Assembly (NCBI GenBank): GCA_041652535.1
Contig: JBAZHB010000002.1
Location: 1,582-65,581, forward strand
Source: Candidatus Babeliales bacterium
GTDB lineage: Bacteria > Babelota > Babeliae > Babelales > RVW-14
DNA length: 64,000 nt
Reading direction: 5' to 3'
This document shows, in pieces, positions 59,955 to 64,000 of this stretch (positions are counted from its first letter, which is position 1; each line of letters starts with the position of its first letter). The notes beneath the pieces were generated by a model, which was given only the letters and a program-made list of their open reading frames with translations, did no database searches and was not told where the DNA came from. Position numbers and translations under genes: made by a program.

Positions 59955-60386
59955 TTAACCACCTACCAATACATGAAATGTGCCTACGCCTGTGTTATCG
60001 CCGGTGCTTGACGAGGTTGTAACCTCAAACTTGATTCTCTCCGCGCACAAAGCCACCCGATCTTTTACGCGCCGCGTTTCCATAGTTGAGGTATCGTCAT
60101 AGATATTAAAATCACCTGACGAATTGCACACATCAACACGCGGATAATAGGTTTTGCTTTCACCTGTACCGGTAAAATCAGGGACAACGCCAACGACAGG
60201 AATGCCGGAGTTTTCGCCGCTAACCTGCAAATGACAGGTAGTGGATAACCCGCCGGATGTGCTATGGATGTATCTGATTGCATGGACATAGCCATTGACA
60301 GGCTCATCGGTGTATGCCGCCGCCGTTCCTGCGGTTGAGGTATCCATTGCCAAGTTAACAACATGCCTTGTAAAATATGACATCAA
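59955..60386 (-). CDS. head-module structural protein, unknown
   Basis: 143 aa; followed by a GGGACGG/CCGTCCC hairpin. Confidence 0.45.
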   Translation of the reverse strand: MMSYFTRHVVNLAMDTSTAGTAAAYTDEPVNGYVHAIRYIHSTSGGLSTTCHLQVSGENSGIPVVGVVPDFTGTGESKTYYPRVDVCNSSGDFNIYDDTSTMETRRVKDRVALCAERIKFEVTTSSSTGDNTGVGTFHVLVGG

Positions 60387-60454
60387 AAATCACTCTCCTT
60401 CTATAAAAAATTGAATTGTTTTCATAGGGAATGGGACGGTTGCCCGTCCCTATG

Positions 60455-60967
60455 TTACGAAATTACAAATTCACTGGATTTGAATAGTGCTATCCACTGT
60501 GTTGATGTCTGTGCTATGAGTTTTACGACTCCGCCGTTATAAGTACTGGCGGTGAGCGTCACGTATGCAAGTGCAGTGCTGTAGCCTATCTGGCAACCAG
60601 TACATGTTACTATTACCCCACCGGTTGCAAGCCCATTTGTGACAATTGTCTTTTCGATGTTTGCAATACCCGTTGGTAAATAATATGTAGCATTCGCAGC
60701 CGCGGTTGAACCTGTAACATAACTCACGCCATATGCGGTAAGCGTGGCGCTGGCATCTGCTGTTGTTTTTGATTCATATTGCTGAACTATGCGCCCGCCT
60801 GTATCGATATAGTTTGTTCCATTTATTGCCAGTACTCCACCGGACTCAACGTTAAACACACCACCGCTTTCAACAACTCCTGTACATCCAGTGGGGATTA
60901 CGAACAATTTGCCGTTCAGCCTTTTATGTACGACGTTCTGATATGATTCATCTGCCACTTTAATCAT
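60455..60967 (-). CDS. Gly/Thr-rich beta-type head-module protein (possible decoration protein)
   Basis: 170 aa; GVVESGGVFNVESGGVLAINGTNY repeats. Confidence 0.4.
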   Translation of the reverse strand: MIKVADESYQNVVHKRLNGKLFVIPTGCTGVVESGGVFNVESGGVLAINGTNYIDTGGRIVQQYESKTTADASATLTAYGVSYVTGSTAAANATYYLPTGIANIEKTIVTNGLATGGVIVTCTGCQIGYSTALAYVTLTASTYNGGVVKLIAQTSTQWIALFKSSEFVIS

Positions 60968-61040
60968 TCCTTTCTCAATGGTGTCTATCGCACCCTTAAT
61001 GAGTAGAGGACGGTTTCCCGCCCTCTTTAATCAATTGTCG

Positions 61041-61457
61041 TTAAACTGTGCCGCTGGTTCCTACATTGACTTCATCTGCCGTTATATCCGTGGACTGGCT
61101 TACAGGCAGCACCCTTGCGCCATACTGTAAAGCCAAAACACTGTAAGCGGATTCAGTCGTTGCTATAACTACAGGTACAACATACCTGTAAGGCGGCTTA
61201 ATCAAGTCGCTGGCTACCGCTGAACGGCCTGTTGATGTGGAGATTATCTCCGTATCAGTCAGGTCAACTGCGTCACCGCCGCCGCTGGATGAACCGGATT
61301 CTATGTGCATTGCAACATTTGTGCTGCCGGATGTTCCCATTTGCAAAACAAAGCAAACGGATTCATAGCCCGCCATGTCAACCACTGCCGACGTGCTGGA
61401 CGTCTCAGTATTGTACAAAACAGGCAGGGACATTTTTACATTTTTAATAAGATTCAT
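61041..61457 (-). CDS. head-module protein sharing the 'xVxIxxESxS..' domain (possible decoration protein)
   Basis: 138 aa. Directly downstream of the capsid gene. VCFVLQMGTSGSTNVAMHIESGSSSGGGDAVDL...YRYVVP. Confidence 0.4.
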   Translation of the reverse strand: MNLIKNVKMSLPVLYNTETSSTSAVVDMAGYESVCFVLQMGTSGSTNVAMHIESGSSSGGGDAVDLTDTEIISTSTGRSAVASDLIKPPYRYVVPVVIATTESAYSVLALQYGARVLPVSQSTDITADEVNVGTSGTV

Positions 61458-61472
61458 ATTAACACCCCTTCC

Positions 61473-62708
61473 TTAAGATGCAGCAAGCTTAACGCGGGCA
61501 AATGCTTCGGATTTCTTCGGCATTCCGTCCACTTCAAGTCTTGCAAGGAATACAGTCAGGTCGTTGAGCGCTTTGAGTTCACTCAACCTCTTTATTTCAA
61601 GTGCTAACCCGTCGGCTATCAGGTAATTGCTGAAATCACCCAGTATACCGACATAAGATGATGCTGTGAATGTCGAAGGAGCCCACGAACTTGTATAAAC
61701 AGGGAATCCGATAAGTGTAGGTATTCCGCTTGTCTGAATATTTTCATTCCAGACATAACGGCCTTCACCGTCTTTGAGTTTGTCTATCTGAGCTACAGCA
61801 TCCATGTGGAACATCCAAACTGCTCTAGCCCAGTAACCCTGTTTAATTGCATATTTGGCAGCTTTCAAACCATCAAACTGAATTGATGTTGCAGTGTTGC
61901 CGGTTGAAACGTCTCTGTCGGTGTCAATGCCTTTACTGGATGCCACGAAAACACCCAAAGACATGTTGACACCGGTGCCGGTCATAAAATCTTCTTCCTC
62001 AGTCTCTGAGAATACCCTGACAATCTCTTCTTTCAGAAGGGTTTCAGGGTCAATTGCCGCTTTTCTCATAAGTGTATTGGAAAGCATGGTATAACCTGTT
62101 ATCGGGTGCGGGAACCATTCCCTGCGTCCGAATAAAGGCTCGGTCATCTGCGGGATGTCGCCGATTTCAGTACCATGTACAGCTCCGCTCATTTTTGTCG
62201 TGATAGTCGGATAGCCAAGGCTTCCGGCCTGTCCGACAGGTCTCACGGTTGAAAGTCTGCGGATTGCCACTGCCTCATCCATATCTTTGATAATTTCAGG
62301 AATAAATTCCGCCGGTGCCGTAATGTAACCGCCTGATATGTCGAGTCCTACCTGTAGAGTCGTCCTCATTTCGGGGACTGCCTGACGGTATTCGTCGTCC
62401 CTGCCGGTTACAATGTACTTCCTAAAGGCTAATTTCCTCGCTTCCCTTTTGACTTTTTCCTCGTCCTCGGGTTTTACCGGTGCCATAGGCGGGATGGGAG
62501 CATTTTTGAATTCCAGTTCTGCTGCCTGGAGGTCTTCTTCTCTCTTGATGTCGTCCTTAATTGCCCTTGCATCTGCCATGAGCTTGTCAAACTGTATTAT
62601 TTCCTCCGGTGTCATTGCTCTTTTTGCATTGTCGGCTGTATCCTTAACGGCATGTGCCTGTTCAATGCTTCTCATGGCTTTGTCTTTCAACTCAGCTATA
62701 TTTTTCAT
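61473..62708 (-). CDS. HK97-family major capsid protein
   Basis: About 411 aa. Coiled delta-domain (MKNIAELKDKAMRSIEQ...), then GGYITAPAEFIPEIIKDMDEAVAIRRLSTV. Confidence 0.85.
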   Translation of the reverse strand: MKNIAELKDKAMRSIEQAHAVKDTADNAKRAMTPEEIIQFDKLMADARAIKDDIKREEDLQAAELEFKNAPIPPMAPVKPEDEEKVKREARKLAFRKYIVTGRDDEYRQAVPEMRTTLQVGLDISGGYITAPAEFIPEIIKDMDEAVAIRRLSTVRPVGQAGSLGYPTITTKMSGAVHGTEIGDIPQMTEPLFGRREWFPHPITGYTMLSNTLMRKAAIDPETLLKEEIVRVFSETEEEDFMTGTGVNMSLGVFVASSKGIDTDRDVSTGNTATSIQFDGLKAAKYAIKQGYWARAVWMFHMDAVAQIDKLKDGEGRYVWNENIQTSGIPTLIGFPVYTSSWAPSTFTASSYVGILGDFSNYLIADGLALEIKRLSELKALNDLTVFLARLEVDGMPKKSEAFARVKLAAS

Positions 62709-62722
62709 ATAGTCACGTCCTT

Positions 62723-63454
62723 TCACATTAATTCGAGTTCTAATTTGACTAATTCCAGACTTTGGACAATATTAAACCGCTGCGGCTCATTGTCTTTGGT
62801 CTCTGGCGCTGCGCTTGGAATATAGCCTTTTAAAACGTCGATACTGGCATTTATTAAATCCAGGTCTGACTTTTGTATTGACAGGCCTTGTTTAGCCCTG
62901 AACATTAAACCGGAAAGCTCATCATAATTGATGCCGGATTTTGTGATTATGTCCCTCACTTTTGCGTCAGTAGTCGGATAAGCTGGGAACGTCACGACCG
63001 ATACATCAAATAACGGGTCAACTTCTTTTATGGTTCGGATAGGCAATTCGCCTTTCTTTTCTTCCCATTCCTCGTCAATTACCATGAACGCAAACGACAT
63101 CTGATTGAGGTCTCCGCGTTCCATCGGAGTCATAACCATATCCCTAATTAGCTGAGTGTCAGGCGGGGAGATTTCCACAGCGAGTCCGGTATCATCTTCG
63201 CTAAGAGTTAGCGTCTTGCTTGTGTTCCTTCCAAGAATCCAGTTGGAATCATGGTTGAACAAAGCGCGTACATCGGATGTTTTTAGGGTTTTCGTGAATG
63301 CGCCGGCGGCAATTTTCTCGCGATACCACCACATATCCGTTAATACATCAAATACTGCTGCATGGCCTGATATGATAGGCTGATTTGAGTCGCCGCGTTT
63401 TTCTATTTTGATTTCTGATAAGGTAAAAAGTCTTTTTTCCATTTCCTTACTCAT
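62723..63454 (-). CDS. HK97-family prohead protease
   Basis: ISGHAAVFDVLTDMWWYREKIAAGAFTKTLKTSDVRALFNHDSNWILGR. Confidence 0.85.
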   Translation of the reverse strand: MSKEMEKRLFTLSEIKIEKRGDSNQPIISGHAAVFDVLTDMWWYREKIAAGAFTKTLKTSDVRALFNHDSNWILGRNTSKTLTLSEDDTGLAVEISPPDTQLIRDMVMTPMERGDLNQMSFAFMVIDEEWEEKKGELPIRTIKEVDPLFDVSVVTFPAYPTTDAKVRDIITKSGINYDELSGLMFRAKQGLSIQKSDLDLINASIDVLKGYIPSAAPETKDNEPQRFNIVQSLELVKLELELM

Positions 63455-64000
63455 AATTCATCAACTCCTTAATTTCGTCCCGAATTCGTTCATCAGGCCA
63501 TTTATCCGGCTGTTTTTCAGCCGTTTTCAATATTTCAATTGAGTTTTTAACATGTTTTTGTGCAAAATCTTTCAAAAATGCCCTTGTTTTAGCCTCAAAA
63601 TCCTCATTTATAGGCTTTTGAGCCTCATTCCAGCTTACAATCAGTGAAAATAGACTGCTTTCCATGTACTCAGGCATGTTTTTGTAATGTTTTTCAAGCC
63701 AATTTTCAGCCTCCGGACTGTCCTTTTTAACCTCAAAACCGTCAATTTCGCGCTTGAAAATGCGGTCAAAGGCATCAAAAAACAGCCTTTCATATGCTTT
63801 TTTCAGGCTGTTTGTCTGGTTCGCGTCTGTTTTTGGCTTGTTTCCAGCCCCTCCCGGATTCTCAACTAGATATTCAAGTGACTGCATGTTGGATTCGACA
63901 ATGTAAATCCCGCCGATTTTCCCTGGCATTGGATTCTTATTTTCTATTTCGCACCAGTCATCCCCATTGATAATTCCGTTCCGTCTTTGTATCTGTAACC
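63447..64000 (-). CDS. portal protein, C-terminal part (5' end beyond the window)
   Basis: The frame is open to position 64000 (…LQIQRRNGIINGDDWCEIENKNPMPGKIGGIYIVESN), matching the portal G..t..E.R....l.p..GG region. Sits upstream of the protease. Confidence 0.6.
   Translation of the reverse strand, partial: LQIQRRNGIINGDDWCEIENKNPMPGKIGGIYIVESNMQSLEYLVENPGGAGNKPKTDANQTNSLKKAYERLFFDAFDRIFKREIDGFEVKKDSPEAENWLEKHYKNMPEYMESSLFSLIVSWNEAQKPINEDFEAKTRAFLKDFAQKHVKNSIEILKTAEKQPDKWPDERIRDEIKELMNYE

Larger units (their letters stand above)
1..64000. mobile_element. segment of a temperate siphovirus-like phage genome (>64 kb); the window never leaves phage DNA
   Basis: HK97-type head module, tape measure, lysis cassette, attP-like site, integrase, cI/antirepressor switch, ERF/Gam recombination and replication genes are all present. 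No housekeeping genes. Confidence 0.85.

Noticed and set aside
1-64000. Stop-codon reassignment, suggested by phage-encoded odd tRNAs
   Set aside because: Standard-code ORFs are long, contiguous and tightly packed on both strands. Family motifs are intact. The only in-frame breaks are two isolated single-nucleotide frame changes.

Overview
The whole 64-kb window reads as temperate siphovirus-like phage DNA from a low-GC Gram-positive, probably Clostridia-like, host. The host guess is an inference from GGAGG-type ribosome-binding sites (RBS), a SleB-type hydrolase and type IV pilin signals. No housekeeping gene is present. Layout in window coordinates follows.

- **88-15496 (minus):** one tightly packed operon for a nonulosonic-acid-type (pseudaminic/legionaminic/Sps-like) sugar pathway. 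It encodes a PseB-like dehydratase, DegT and class-III aminotransferases, a NeuB-like synthase and an SpsF-like cytidylyltransferase. It also encodes WbqC-like, PIG-L-like, GNAT, hexapeptide-acyltransferase, methyltransferase and aldo/keto reductase proteins. The operon is interrupted by free-standing LAGLIDADG and HNH endonuclease genes and zinc-ribbon ORFs.
- **15713-22043 (plus):** a divergent module with an SNF2 helicase, two unknown proteins, an IbrA-like PAPS-reductase-family protein, an IbrB/ParB-like protein and a DPPW DNA methyltransferase.
- **22084-39667 (minus):** early genes. These include VRR-NUC, PDDEXK, SleB-like hydrolase, ASCH-like, YopX, Dam-like methylase, replication organiser, HNH, ERF, Gam-like, DUF551 and an antirepressor. 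This block also holds two aberrant tRNA-like genes plus a tRNA minihelix at 36177-36888.
- **39668-41456:** the lysogeny switch, a cI-like repressor, a tyrosine integrase and an attP-like site. The site has a 50-nt tRNA-Lys(UUU) 3' fragment flanked by four TTGTTAGT arm-type repeats. Phage DNA lies on both sides, so the sequence looks like the unintegrated or tandem form.
- **41440-45062:** an accessory (moron) region of small Cys-rich and ribbon-helix-helix (RHH) proteins with an unassigned structured leader.
- **45074-46065:** a lysis cassette (XhlA-like protein, M15 endolysin, holin).
- **46194-49101:** an island of three prepilin-type (type IV pilin-like) genes, split by an RHH + GIY-YIG cassette.
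- **49304-64000 (minus):** tail fibre, tail, tape measure, -1 frameshifting chaperone, duplicated tail-tube genes and an HK97-type head module, ending in a portal gene cut by the window edge.

The best candidates for new biology are the phage-borne sugar operon (possibly linked to the phage pilins), the SNF2/IbrAB-like/methylase module and the aberrant tRNA-like cluster. All family assignments come from motif recognition by eye. No searches were run.
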